Below, piece after piece: positions 1 through 12,605 of a DNA stretch of 64,000 nt; within the stretch, counting starts at the first letter, position 1; every line of letters starts with the position of its first letter. Source of the DNA: Eledone cirrhosa (Eukaryota); contig OZ024742.1 of NCBI GenBank assembly GCA_964016885.1, positions 204,724,001-204,788,000 of the forward strand. The letters run 5' to 3'. Below the pieces are notes generated by a model. It had not been told where the DNA came from. It searched no databases and was given only the letters and a program-made list of their open reading frames with translations. The position numbers and the translations under genes are program-made.

Positions 1-114
1 CTCAACGAAGATATAAGTTCCGGAGTTATATATATATATATATATATACACACACATAGATATATATATGTATATATATGTATGTATATATGTATGTTTA
101 CATATATATATATA

Positions 115-1421
115 CAGGGTGCGGACGATATTTGTTCGCAAGATTACTGTCCAGGAAAAGGTAACACAGTAGTTTTATTTTTTAAGATATAGTTATCAAA
201 CTTGGGTGAGTTTGTCTTCATCACTTGTTCTTTCGATCTCACTCGATAAACCCGCCATTGGCTTTGATGACGGCCTCAAGGCGGCCTCGGAACCGGCTAC
301 AGGCCTTCGTCACTGTCCCCCGACTTAGGCCTCCTAAAGGTACTTGTGATCCTGGCCTTCATATCGTCTTTCGTATTGCAGCTAGATCTTTTGGTGACTC
401 GTTCCACTGCGCCCCACACAAAGAAGTCGAGGGGGTTGCAGTCAGGCGAGCTGGGAGGCCAGATGTCAGGTGAAGTGTGGTCGACGAAGTTCTCTGACAG
501 CCAGGCTTGAGTCTTTCGGCTGGTATGGCAGGGCGCTGAGTCTTGCTGCCACACGTACGGCCTACCTGCAGCTACCTGGTCGATCCAGGGCTTTACTACC
601 TCGCTCGGAACTCGGATGTAGCCATCGGTGTTCAGCTTGAGGCCTTCAGGGAAGAAGTGAGGTGGCATGACGTCACCTTGACTGCTCACGACACTTAAGA
701 CCAATGTTGTCGCTGGAAACTTTGTCTGCATGACTCTGGGCACGTCTTTGGATGAGACAGCGAGCCACTTGTTGTTCTGGGAGTTGATCTTTTGGTCTTG
801 GCAGAAGTTTTTCTCGTCGGAGAAAAACCACAGCATGTCTGGGCTCCAGTGGGTGTTTCAACTTGTTGATCAGCTTCTTTGCGTGCTTCAGTCGCTTTTC
901 TTGCATCGCCTTTGACAGAAATTGTCCTTTCCTCATCTTGTATGAAACGTAGCGAATGTCTTCATGTACCCCAGCCTAATGAGCTTTTCATCCACGCCTT
1001 TCTCCCTTGCAATGGCAAACATCGACTTGCTAGGTCATTATTGATGATATCCTAAACTTCAGCGACGAACTCGGGCGTTCTGAAGGCGTCAGATCGTCGA
1101 TCATGTGTTTTCCTCTCTGATGTTGCTTCGTAGTCGAATCCGGAATCTTCAAATTCCTTTCTGACCTTTTCCACCATTCTCCTGCTGACGCTGAGAAAGT
1201 CTGAAATTTCCTTATTTGTCCTCCCGGCGCGGATTCCAAGAAGAACTCCGTGCCTCTTCCACAAATTTGGAGGTTCAAAATTATTCATAATCAATTATTC
1301 TGAAAATAAATAATGGAAATATAGTCACTGTTTTTATGAAGACAAGAGTGACAACGGAAGTAAAAAAAATTTGCATAAAATTTGCAGTTGAAAATTGCGA
1401 ACAAATATCGTCCACACCCTG
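115..1421 (-). mobile_element. Full-length but frameshifted Tc1/mariner-superfamily DNA transposon, DD37D (maT) type
   Basis: 27-bp TIRs CAGGGTG(C/T)GGACGATATTTGTTCGCAA at 115-141 and 1395-1421 (1 mismatch), TA on both sides. Transposase split over ORFs 1052-1294, 673-936 and 297-836, with FSDEK...QQD-x37-D (SPDCNPLD). Confidence 0.93.
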
Positions 1422-1429
1422 TATATATA

Positions 1430-1537
1430 ACGACGGAAGAGTGGTAAGGAACAAGGTGGACCATAGCGCACCGGATTTAGTCCAGAAATTAGACGTCCAA
1501 ATGGCTTGAGCTCTGCCATCGGGGTCTTGAACATTTT

Positions 1538-1586
<49 letters not shown>

Positions 1587-1689
1587 CGAAGGAAATGTGG
1601 TAAGGAACCAGGTGGACCATAACGCACCCTTTTAGTCCAGAATTAGCCGTCGAAACGGCTTGTGCTCAGCCGTCGGGGTCCTACTCGTT

Positions 1690-1692
<3 letters not shown>
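1430..1692. mobile_element. Two short PLE-terminus-like remnants separated by (TA)n, each with an inverted 3' half of a hammerhead
   Basis: Both start GTGGTAAGGAAC(A/C)AGGTGGACCATA(G/A)CGCACC. The second has GAAA-cggc-loop-gccg-TC-ggggtc (1652-1680). Same family at 61380-61567. Confidence 0.6.
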
Positions 1693-1784
<92 letters not shown>

Positions 1785-2662
1785 TTATTTGGGTTTGTTG
1801 GTTTTCCACTGGATATAACTGGTCATTCTGTGTGGTCGCCACGATGTAATGTTATGAAAAGCACTCAACGTAATGCAACCACCCGTCTTCATTTGTGTAG
1901 TTGGTGGTGCGAGTACGGAGTTAATTATTACAAAATACCGGGAGGCATGTTCTTGTGTAAATCCTTGAAAGGTTTATTTTACTATGATCAGGCTGGTCAG
2001 GCATGCTCGATATTGCCGCGAAATATGTTTTTTCAAGGACAAACAGACATAAAGATTAAAAAGGGAGAGAGTGTGTTTGAATGAAAGAGAGAGTAAAACA
2101 GAGAGATGGGGTGTAGGAGAATAAAAAACAGAGATTGACAGAGAGAGAGTAAGAAATAGAGAGTGTGTGTAATTGATATAGAGAGAAGGTGACAATTAAC
2201 ATAAGGATGCTTTTATGAAGAAGTTTAGGTGTGATATATATATAGTCACGATAAATTGTCAGGGTGGTATATATAGTAAATATATGCCCGTGCTAGCGGT
2301 CAATAACCAGCGACGACTAGGGGTCCCGCGCTATCCACCAAAAAAATAGTTTTTCTGAGCACTCCAGGAATGTAGCTGTGTTAGGCATCGGTTGTGCCAA
2401 CGAACGCGGAGCCCCCCATCGCTGGCTGGCCATCGTATATACCAAGCGGTTGCTATTATATCATACAGTGTGGGGGTATAGTTAAGTGCTAGTAGGAAGA
2501 GGCATGATACAGTTAATGGTTATGACTAGGCCTAGAAAATAAGGGTACTATTTGGGAGTCAATGGCGGCGGCGTGTTGAGTCTCTGGCATAGCCCCGTGA
2601 CGAAGGAGCGTTCCAAGTAATTTCGTTTATCGAAAGAAGGGGAAATTTATTTTTCCAAGCAC

Positions 2663-3790
2663 TCAAGGAAGGCTAAAACGCTCGATTGGCCGGCGCGCAG
2701 TCCGGAAATCCGCCACAACCGTCGTAGAGTAAGGAATTTTAATAGTATTTCTATTAAAAAATTTACTATCTTTATGTGTAGGGGGAAAATGCTTCGTAAT
2801 AAGGGATAGAAAGATCTTAGCTAATGGTGTGGCCACCTCCATATTATATGGTGGGTTATACCATATAATGCGACGGGATCTATTTCTTCTAGGTCTATTC
2901 TCGTACTCTGTATATGCTACCTTATCGACAAATCCACTCCGAGCAAGAGCTTCATTGTAATATGTGGAATGGTCGTTGAAAATATGCTCGTTAGTAGATA
3001 GACGGGAAAGCCTCAACGAAACGTTTCTTACCAGGTTCTTGGTTATGCTGGCAGGATGGTTGGAATGCTTACTTATGTAATTAAGCGTATCATTCGGCTT
3101 TCTATACGAGTAATACAAGCCATTCGATAAATTGAGGGTAACGTCGAGGTAATTAACGACTGAGAGGTTGGCCTCAACCTGTATAGAGTGGTTGAAGCCT
3201 TTAAAGAAGGCTGTGAGTTCTTTTCTGAACCTGTCGCAAGCACGAGGGTCGCACTTAGTCATGGTCAAAAGACCATCATAACGGTACAAACCACCGCCCG
3301 CGTTGGGGAATTCGTCCTTGATAGAGAAAAGAAAGAAAAGGCCGATGATCAGTAAACTCCGCAGAATCGCTGGCGCCCATACTCACGTCGTGAGGATGAC
3401 ATCAACTTCGAAATCCTTAACCACTGTGAGTGTTTTAGCGAAATTGATAGCTCTAAGGAGAAGTGGTAAAGTGATGGAGAAGTAGTAATTATTGATGTCG
3501 AATTGGATAAAACGGCAATGTTCCTTGTTGCATATGCCGTTGAACCAATCAATCACCGTGAAAGAATTGTTCCACAGTGCAAGAGGGGCCAAACTTCTAA
3601 TTTCAGGTATAATTCTATCAAGAATCCTTTTACTAAGTCTACCTAAATCGGACTTCGTAGGGTTAATAAGCCGAATACAGGGGTTGATCGGAAAATTGGA
3701 TTTGTGATCCTTCAGAGTAAAGTGGGGAGAAATAGGGTCCAGAGGTTCGGTCCGGTCCAGGATGTTGAGATCAGAGGTGATAGCGATTCT
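2663..3790 (-). pseudogene. Degenerate Penelope-like retroelement reverse transcriptase (5'-truncated, frameshifted, endonuclease missing)
   Basis: Motifs LKDHK..F..NP.IRLINP.KS, FIQFDI..YY, YRYDGL (YRDDGL-like), VNYLDVTL, YRKP, SNHP, IIWYNPPY across ORFs 3383-3592 and 2663-3289. Confidence 0.85.
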
Positions 3791-3817
3791 TTGCTTAAAC
3801 TTTAATCTGTTATTTTA

Positions 3818-3845
<28 letters not shown>

Positions 3846-3853
<8 letters not shown>

Positions 3854-4281
3854 AGATCAAAAGATGGTTAAAGGAGTTCCATGTATTTTATTATGCGCAT
3901 TTCAAAAACAAATATCATCATGCAATAATATTTGTGTTTTCATCAGATAAAACAGGAGGACATGATATGAAGGCTAAAAAACACTTGTGGATAGTGCAGT
4001 TTTAAATCAACATATCTTGATATATATGTTGATTTAAAACTGCACTATCCACAAGTGTTTTTTAGCCTTCATATCATGTCCTCCTGTTTTATCTGATGAA
4101 AACACAAATATTATTGCATGATGATATTTGTTTTTGAAATGCGCATAATAAAATACATGGAACTCCTTTAACCATCTTTTGATCTTATATATTATGTATA
4201 CTCCAGTCCTACAAACTGTAGAGTGCTTCTTATCCGATATCTGCATTGCTTTATTGTACTACAATAAAACTCACCTCCTAC

Positions 4282-4283
<2 letters not shown>
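3846..4283. mobile_element. Head-to-head inverted pLTR-like remnant carrying a hammerhead in each arm, inserted in (TA)n
   Basis: About 170-bp arms (~3846-4015 and ~4025-4195) are reverse complements; (TA)n on both flanks. Confidence 0.8.
4074..4160 (+). ncRNA. Type I hammerhead ribozyme (mirror copy on the - strand at ~3875-3965)
   Basis: ttttat-CTGATGA(4093-4099)-16 bp stem II-GAAA(4136-4139)-tgcgca-TA-ataaaa. Stem I is ttttat/ataaaa plus catgt/acatg. Predicted cleavage after 4147. Confidence 0.85.
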
Positions 4284-4326
<43 letters not shown>

Positions 4327-4328
<2 letters not shown>

Positions 4329-5283
4329 TAGACATGAAAAATGCGCAAGCTCAAAAGTGCCACAGAATGTTATAATAAACCTTCAAAAGTGTGGGACTAG
4401 AGTTGTTGCTAAAAAATATTGTAATCATTATATATCGTACATTCTGTGGCATCCTTTATAAAAATAGCTTAAACCAACGAAGCCTTTATTTTTACGCTAT
4501 TTCACTTAGTTAATTCTTAGAGTGTAACATATAAAAATATGATTTACAACTATAAAATAAATTAATTAATATAATAACAGAGCTGCGGAGCTGAAATTTA
4601 GGAAATAATGGAATATCGGATCCTGAGTTGGAGCCAGTCAATTTTTGGCCGACTCCGCAGCCCTGTATAATACATTTCATATTAAAGTTATTAATAAACC
4701 TATTTTACACTGCATGCAAATTACCATGAGATATTGATATTAGATATAAGATACAGCGCAATATCTACAGCTGTAAAAGTACGAAAGCGAAGTAATAATA
4801 AGTGGCTTAAGGTAATTCCAATATGAAAGTTTGTAGTGATAAAAATTTCATAATGCAATACGATTGTTAATATTATAGTTCTATGAAAATGTAACAATAG
4901 ATAACTAAATTATTTTACTATTAGTATATTTAAGAAATTATCATTATAGATTTGATCGTTCATATAAGCATCATATTAATTTTCAAGACAATTATTTTGT
5001 TACTATGAGTATATGATAATAATATTACGTAATTATTTATAGCTGTTATTACATTAAACATGGATGTATTTATTTTTATATGTTACACTCTAAGAATTAA
5101 CTAAGTGAAATAGCGTAAAAATAAAGGCTTCGTTGGTTTAAGCTATTTTTATAAAGGATGCCACAGAATGTACGATATATAATGATTACAATATTTTTTA
5201 GCAACAACTCTAGTCCCACACTTTTGAAGGTTTATTATAACATTCTGTGGCACTTTTGAGCTTGCGCATTTTTCATGTCTAGT
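4327..5283. repeat. Fold-back element / inverted duplication with ~210-bp near-perfect arms and ACTAG termini
   Basis: 4327-4539 is the reverse complement of ~5073-5283; the left end abuts (TA)n. Confidence 0.8.
4578..4665. mobile_element. Tiny hAT-type MITE nested in the fold-back spacer
   Basis: TIR CAGAGCTGCGGAG / CTCCGCAGCCCTG; 8-bp TSD TATAATAA/TATAATAC. Confidence 0.65.
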
Positions 5284-5831
5284 TTAATATTTTTTTAAGG
5301 CAACGCTTGTAATAACTCTAGTTAAACAGGATATATATTAATAATAAATTATCGTTGTAATGTAATTAGATTATGTAATTGTTATTATAAATTATCTTAT
5401 AAATATTAGTGTAAGATGTATAAAAATATTTTCAGACTTTTAATATAAACAACTACAAAAAACAATCAATATTAAATCAATATATTATACATGATAGAAA
5501 ACATAAAATAAACAATACAAAAACAAAATATTTACATACAATTGCAATTATCAGTGTATATACATTTTCTTTATATTCCCTGAGCAAATTAATAAGATTT
5601 GTTTTTATTGTACATAATTTGATGACTTGTTGGAGTGTATTAAAAGATAGCAACAATTTGTGATTAAATTGTTATCTTAAGCAACTCACTTTTTAATAGT
5701 TGTTGGCTGAGCGAAATTGTAAAAGCCTATGAGCAAATATAAAAAAAAATACACAAACAACATTTCCTTGTGTTATTAGATAAAATAATTGAGCAATGTC
5801 GTTATATTTTGCTCTTATTGCACATTAATAG

Positions 5832-5999
5832 TGTTTCTATTTTTCGGCACAAATCCATTACGGCAGTCCATTACTGGTACTTTATTTTATCGAATTAGTA
5901 AGTATGAAAGTCGAAGTTAACCTCGGCAGGATTTGAACTTAGAATGCAAAGGACCATAACAATACTGCAAAGCATGGTGTCTGACGCTCTACCAATACT
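5832..5999 (-). mobile_element. tRNA-derived SINE (Meta-core-like family), diverged
   Basis: Matches the 23673-23862 family (box B GTTCAAATCC; AAATAAAGTACCAG). Confidence 0.8.
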
Positions 6000-6469
6000 T
6001 GTGTTGAGCTGGTCATTAATTTATGGTGGTCGTGCGTGGAGTAGAGCAATCGCTAGTTGAAATATTATGAACAAAACATTTTTATTTGCCGAAGAACATA
6101 TTTTCAATACTGTTTGTGAATGTGACGAAGGAAATACATTCTGATATGGAACAGTGTACAAAGTGTGTCTGTGAATAACATAATGTTACCTCATGTTGTT
6201 GTCAAGACATAATGGATTTCGTATATCCAGTTAGAAGATGAAACCTAGCCATCTCGGATTAGTTATATTTCATGCCATGTGTAAACGTGTTTGAGGATAG
6301 CAAAATATGCGTGTTTCTTGTCTGGAAACTTTCTGCTAAACTGATTGGTTTCGTTTTTGGCACTATACAATACTCATCCAACAGATAGCTGTATTGGATC
6401 CTTGATTGGTTAATATTTAGGTGAGGGTGCTTGATGCAGAGTTAGTGCAAAATGGATCAATGAGTGTAA

Positions 6470-7120
6470 TAATAATAATGATAATAATAATGAAAATATT
6501 GTGTACAATGCTGAGGTGCACTACAACTCATCAAAAGTGCATATATAATACATAGGGTAATATAAAAACGTCAGGAAAAAAGAACAGTGCATGAGTCATG
6601 ATATACACATATGTGCATGTGTATGGAAGGGGGACATCAGGTGTAGTTTTGGTGTATTTCGGAATGTATGATGGTTTTAAAGGATGCAGTGTGTCATCAG
6701 CTAACAACTGATGCAGGAAGTTTGTTCCATCCTTCAGCAACTCTGAGCATGAAGAAATATTTCCTAAAGTCATGGGAGCTGTGTTGTTTTCTGACTTTGT
6801 AGGCATGTCCACGTGTTAGACACATGGAGATCAAAAAGGTGTTCGGGGTTGTTGTTGGTCGGATGGTTAATAACTTTGTGGGTGTTTACCAAGTCCATTG
6901 CCAGAGGGAAGCAAAATATTCAGGGTATGGTAGGTGTCTGATGGAGGGTATGCGCTTGGTTGCATGTCTCTGAACAGTTCCCAGGAGGTCAATGTTCTGA
7001 GCAAGATAGGGGTTCCAGACTGATGACGCGAACTCCAAGTGTATTCGTACCATAGATGTATACAGCTTTAAATAGATGGCTGGAGAGCAGCTAATGAAGG
7101 TCTTGCTGATTGATGCCAAG
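6470..7120 (-). mobile_element. CR1/L2-group LINE 3' fragment
   Basis: [20 protein letters not shown]...VQRHATK; (TTA)n tail; same family as 52690-53370. Confidence 0.85.
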
Positions 7121-7309
7121 TCAATCTTAATAAATTGACTGATTTATCTGTTCACTACAGCTAATCCACCGCTGTTTGTACAATTTTTTAGATAATGTCA
7201 ATTTGAGCTTGAATCATTGGCGTAATGAAATTTGAAAAGATTATAAGCAAATCTTTTTTAAAATACACAGACAACATTTAACTGTATCGTTGCAACATTA
7301 GATCTAATA

Positions 7310-7484
7310 ATTGTTTCTACTTTAGGCACAAGGCCAGCAATTACCTAGTGCATTACTGGTACTTTATTTTATCTACCCCGTAAGGATGAAAGGCAAAGTC
7401 AACCTCGGCAGGATTTGAACTCAGATCGTAAAGGGACGTAACTATGCTGGAAAGCATGGCATCCGACCCTCTACCAATACTGCC
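7310..7484 (-). mobile_element. tRNA-derived SINE (Meta-core-like)
   Basis: Box A/B head plus CCTTTCATCCTTACGGGG core. Confidence 0.85.
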
Positions 7485-7512
7485 AAAATAATGGAGCAAC
7501 ATTTGTGCAGAA

Positions 7513-7977
7513 TTATTGTTTGTGCAATAAGATATTTGCAGATCTGTACTTGGTCTGCTCTTTAGCCAACTCGGTACGTTTAGAAGCTCTACGCTCGGCT
7601 TGCTTTTGAGATATAATAGCTGAATTTGCAGATCTATACTTGGCCTGCTTGTTTGCCAACTCATACCGCTTTGAACATCTATACTTGGCCTGTTTTTGTG
7701 TTAATTTAGCAAAATTCACAGCTCTATAATCGGCCTGTTTTTGTCTCAACTTCTCCCGATTCCGCATCCGGTAATCTGCTTTCACATCCAATTTAATACG
7801 CCCATCTAGATTATTAGCACAGGGATGTGAACAAGCTTGTGGGACCGCATCATTGTAAGTATATGAACTGCCTGCAACATCAAGACCCAATTCACAAGTG
7901 CAGCGTTGCTCATTCACGTCGGCAGTGGGGACACCAAAATCAGTGACAGGTCTCGATTCACTCGCGAGATACATCAC
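7513..7977 (-). pseudogene. Isolated ORF fragment with 15-aa basic repeats (KQAxYR); possibly the N-terminus of a Helitron-type or other TE protein
   Basis: KQADYR, KQAKYR, KQAKYR, KQAERR, EQTKYR at 15-aa (45-bp) period. Confidence 0.4.
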
Positions 7978-8004
7978 AGCTACACTATATATTTAAACAT
8001 ATAT

Positions 8005-8065
8005 ACAGTGATACCTCGCTACTTGGCGGTTCAACTATCGCGGATTCACGATTTCGCGCATTTTT
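8005..8065 (+). mobile_element. Single Tc1/pogo-type MITE terminus
   Basis: TA-CAGTGATACCTCGCTACTTGGCGGTTCAACTATCGCGG; partner end not found. Confidence 0.45.
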
Positions 8066-8254
8066 AGAATATATATATGAACACCTAAAATTTTTCATTA
8101 AATCCATTAAAATATTAATAATAAACACAGTTCTAATCATACGCTATATATATATATATATAAATATAAGTAATTAATACCGTATAAATGGTACAAAGAC
8201 TGTTTATGTAAAATGTATTTCTCAACAGAGTATTGAATACTTAGGAGAAATTCA

Positions 8255-8464
8255 AAACGAAGAGTGATAAAATTTCAAGCAAAGAGTTTAATTAGGTAAT
8301 GACTTACAAATTTGTTTCAGTATATAGACAAAGCCTGAAGCGCGAATTATAATAATTAGTTAATAATATTACAAAATATATTAATATTATATTAGATATA
8401 TACTGAAACAAATTTGTAAGTCATTACCTAATTAAACTCTTTGCTTGAAATGTTATCATTCTTC

Positions 8465-8468
<4 letters not shown>
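8255..8468. repeat. Inverted repeat (~72-bp arms) next to (TA)n(GA)n, with a degenerate hammerhead
   Basis: Arms ~8255-8327 and ~8397-8468; GAAA-caaatttg-TA at 8405-8418; degenerate CTGAAGC at 8335. Confidence 0.6.
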
Positions 8469-8541
<73 letters not shown>

Positions 8542-9339
8542 TCTAGTCCTTCGCTCAAGATTAATCTATAAGTTTAGATGTCTGCCTTCGTTTAAGTAAA
8601 TATTACAGTAAGATTTTTAATATAAACAACTACAAAAAACAATTAATATTAAAACGAAAAAATTATCAATGATAAAAGAAGCGGATGCAACTTTTTTTTT
8701 TATAAAGTTATATTCCTGTTTCTTTAAAGAACATTTCATTTTTGTTCTATTGTAGGCGAAATAATGCAATGGTTTAATAGGGAAGATATAACTTACCAAT
8801 TATGTCTCTAACCGTGTAACGCTTTTTAAGTAGATAACTACAATTGAAAATACTAAAGAAATGGAACCAACAATTCAATTTGAAAGTCGTCTACTTATAG
8901 TGACAGTGTATTACTGGTACTTTATTTTATCGACCCCGTAACGATGAAAGGCAAACATGCAAATGCTTAAAATTTAAATTGCCTTAATTCTATCGTCTGC
9001 TGTTTCATTAAAGGGAGATTCTCGTCTGTATTTAATTCTATCGTCTACTGTTCCACTAAACAGATATACCTCCACTATCGTCTCTATTTATACATTTTAA
9101 CTTATAACGCATTTGATTTGAGATATTTTATCTAGTCCCCCCTCTCAATATTATGATGATTTCTTTCGAATGAAACAGTTCTAGTCCTGTAGAAGCCATT
9201 TATATATATAATTGAACTGAGTTAAAAATTCACAATATTTATAATTAAATAAGCTCATATATATATGTGTGTATTTATCTGTTTATTTCGTTTCTGAATT
9301 TGTTCAGCAAGATTCTTTATCTGAAATCGTGTGTTGAAA

Positions 9340-12300
9340 CCGATATTGTTATACTTTGGGAGGGTCATGTTGCCAATAAGAAACACACGCACCAGTTGCT
9401 TTCACTTCAATTTAATTTATTATATATTTATAAATTTACAAATTTATAAATTTCTGGTTGGTTGGTTGGTTCCACAACCAGATAGTTGTTTATATATATA
9501 TAGTCATAGTTCTTTCGTCACACACTCTGTGACCTCTTCTGTGACTGGGGATTTCTTTCTTCGTTTCTGTGCCTTTCCTTTCTTCTATCCTACGCCATTT
9601 TGTTTGTGTGTGGGTTGCGTGCTCAGTTTGCGCATGCGCCACATCCGGGTGTCTGTGTGTGTTTGTGTTCATTTTTCTATTTTTCTATTTATATTTTTCT
9701 ATTTGTTTGTTTATTTATTTATTTATTGTTGGTTGGTTGTTTGTTCTATGTGTGTGTGTGTTTTCATTTTGTCTTGTGTGTGTTTTCATTTTGTGTGTGT
9801 TTTCAATTGTAAGTTGTTTGTTCTATGTGTGTGTGTGTTTTCATTTTGTCCTTAATTGTAAGTTGTGATGTTGCTGTTCCACTCATATTTTCTATTTAAT
9901 TTTGGTTTTAATTCTTTTATGCTTACTGCCTCTGTAATTTGCCTAAACATTGCGTCTTTCTTGTGTGTGGATTCTATTTTTATTTCTATGCTCTCTAATT
10001 TACCCCTGTGTTCTATCTTAGCATGTTGGTAGAGCACAGATGATTCTTTATTATCTTGGAGGTCTCGCCAGTGTTCATTTATTCGTTCCCCTATACTACG
10101 AGCTGTCTCACCTATGTACACTATATTTTTGTTTCTACATTGTCCTTCAGTACATCTTATGCTATATACTACATTTCTAGTTTTACAGTTAATATGGGGG
10201 CTTATTTTACAGGTTATACATTTCTAATCTATACATGAGGGTCTTTGGAACGGGTATGTCTTGCTAATAAGTGTTTTTACGGAGGTACCAGGTCTTTCTA
10301 CTATCTTAATATTGAGATTATGTTTCTTTAGGGCCCTTCTAAATTTGTAGGCTAGTTCGCCTCTAGGGGTTGTATTGATGAACATTACACTCTGGTATTT
10401 ATTGCTATCATACCATGAGTTTATTCTATTGGCCTTGTTCTTAGTTCTTTCTATTCTATTCCAAAATTTGCTCCTATACAAGGGGCAGGTCCCATTTATG
10501 TCATTATTTACCATTTTTTCCCATTTGGTTCTGGCTCCTTTATACACTCTGATTCTATCTCTCTGATTGTAGCCAGAGAACTGCATACGGTGGATGAAGT
10601 GTTGTATGTGTCTCTCTAGTTCTTCGGGGTTGCACATGCGGGACACATTTCTCATCACCCGTACTAAATCCGCAATCAGTATGTTGATTTTGGTATGGTC
10701 CGAAATGGCCGAGTTTCGGTGGATCAGATGTTTGGAAGTCATGGGTTTGGCATAATGGGAATGGAGGATTTGTTTTTGGTTGTTAATTGTATCTAACCAG
10801 AGCTCTGTGTCTAGTACAGGTAATCGATGGTTGGGGTGTCTACTTGGGTAGTCTATAGTAACTCTAATGCTCTGGTGGATGGAGTTTGCTATTTGCTGGA
10901 TGCTTTCCATTGTGTTTTTCTCTAGTTCCTGACTGTTCTTTAGTGGGGGTGTCTTAACTACGATGTTTATATCATCTACATAGCGGGAGTACATTATCAG
11001 GGTTAAGCTGTCTTCTAATTGTTCATTAAGTTTTTGTTTAAGTCTACTGTCCCACAGACTGGCCGTGTTGGTGGTCCTGCGACAGGGTCCCAGCCCGTTT
11101 TATGGTCTTTTCGAAGCCCATACAACGCCGGCACGTCATTGTTCCAGGCCTGGAAGTTGTTGGCAGTCCTTTTGTTGGGCTGCATTATATTTGTCCACAT
11201 CACCATATGGGCATTGAGGGTTTTTTCTCTATCCTCATGCTCCTGTGGTGTTACCTCTCTTGTGTTAGTGATGTGGGGTTGCAATGCCTGGATGTAGTTT
11301 GGCAGGCTGTCAACCGACATTCTGCCAGACTTGTCTGTTGGAAAGCATGCTATCTCTCCATTACGCGAGCGCTGCATGAGCTTACGCAAGCCATTTGCAG
11401 ATTCTTCTCCCAGTTGCTGGGCCTCTATTCTATTATGCTTCTTGCTATACTGTTCTATAATATTTCTAAGTTCGGATTTAGCTATACTAAATTGTGCTTC
11501 TGTTTGTTCATCGACCTGCGACGGCAACTGCGTGCGTTTGTTAAATGGCAAAGTCGTGGCGTGGACTCGTCGTAGGTCGAATGATTTATCGGAGGAGTTA
11601 TAAAACGGAGAGTTCCAGGCTGCTGCTTTATGTGTACTAGTGCTATTGTTATTGTTAGTTGTGTTGTTTCTATTTCCACCAACAGCAGCATCCTCAGCTT
11701 CATGGTTGTTTCTATGTCTCTCATAATTACTCCTGTCTCTTTCCACTGGCTCAATGTTGTTATCTACCCTATTTTGTGTGTCTGTGTGTTCGTCTTGGTT
11801 ATTCTCTTTGTCCTTAGTCTCCCATCTCCTTTTCCTTTTAATCCTATTACTTTCTCTTATTTCTCTGATTTCTGTGCTACTGTCATTACTTGTTTTCTGT
11901 GTCTGTGTGTTTGTTAAGATTGTGGTGGTGGTGAGAGGCATTGAATGCGTGTGTGTTGTTGTTGTTGATGTGTGTTGTTGTTGATGTGTGTTGTTGTTGT
12001 CTCCGTGTGTGTGTGTGTTATCGTTGTTGTGTGTGTTGTTATTGTTGTTTGTGTTTGCGTGTCTGTTGTTGTTGTATCTGGGTATGTTGCTATTGTTGTT
12101 GCTGTTGATGTGTGTGTTGTTGTTATTGTTGTCTCCGTGTGTGTTGTTATTGTTGTTTGTGTCTGCGTGTCTGTTGTATCTGGGTATGTTGCTATTGTTG
12201 TTGTTGTATCTGGGTATGTTGCTATTGTTGTTGTTATTGTTGTTTGTGTCTGTGTGTCTGTTGTTGTTGGGATGTGTGTTGTATATGTGTGTGCGTATAT

Positions 12301-12605
12301 TGTTGCTTTTGTTTTTGTTTTTGATGCTCCAGCGTAGTTTCGTAAATGATTTTTCTATTTCTGACAGACAACTAATCATATTTACCTTCTTGAATGTCGC
12401 AAATTTGGGTGGCAGACGTAACACAGACATTTCATTATTATCTATTTCCGTGTTTCCATAAATGTTGGTATTTTCATTGTTGAACTCTTCAGATAATGAG
12501 GTGTCGGCCATGTTGATACCGTCAATTTTGTCGGGATATCTATTGGTATACTCTATAGTATCCCGATTTAGCTTTGCCTGTTTAAGCCACTTTAATTTTC
12601 TGCAT
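9340..12605 (-). mobile_element. Penelope-like element, left arm: N-terminal region joined by an internal deletion to RT C-terminus, GIY-YIG and 3' UTR
   Basis: ORF 11015-12511 (TDKSG, LYGLRKDHK, PTRPVCG), ORF 10224-10994 (RYVDD, LPVLD, HYAKP), GIY-YIG 9852-10223 (VVY...YIGET.R). Confidence 0.92.
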
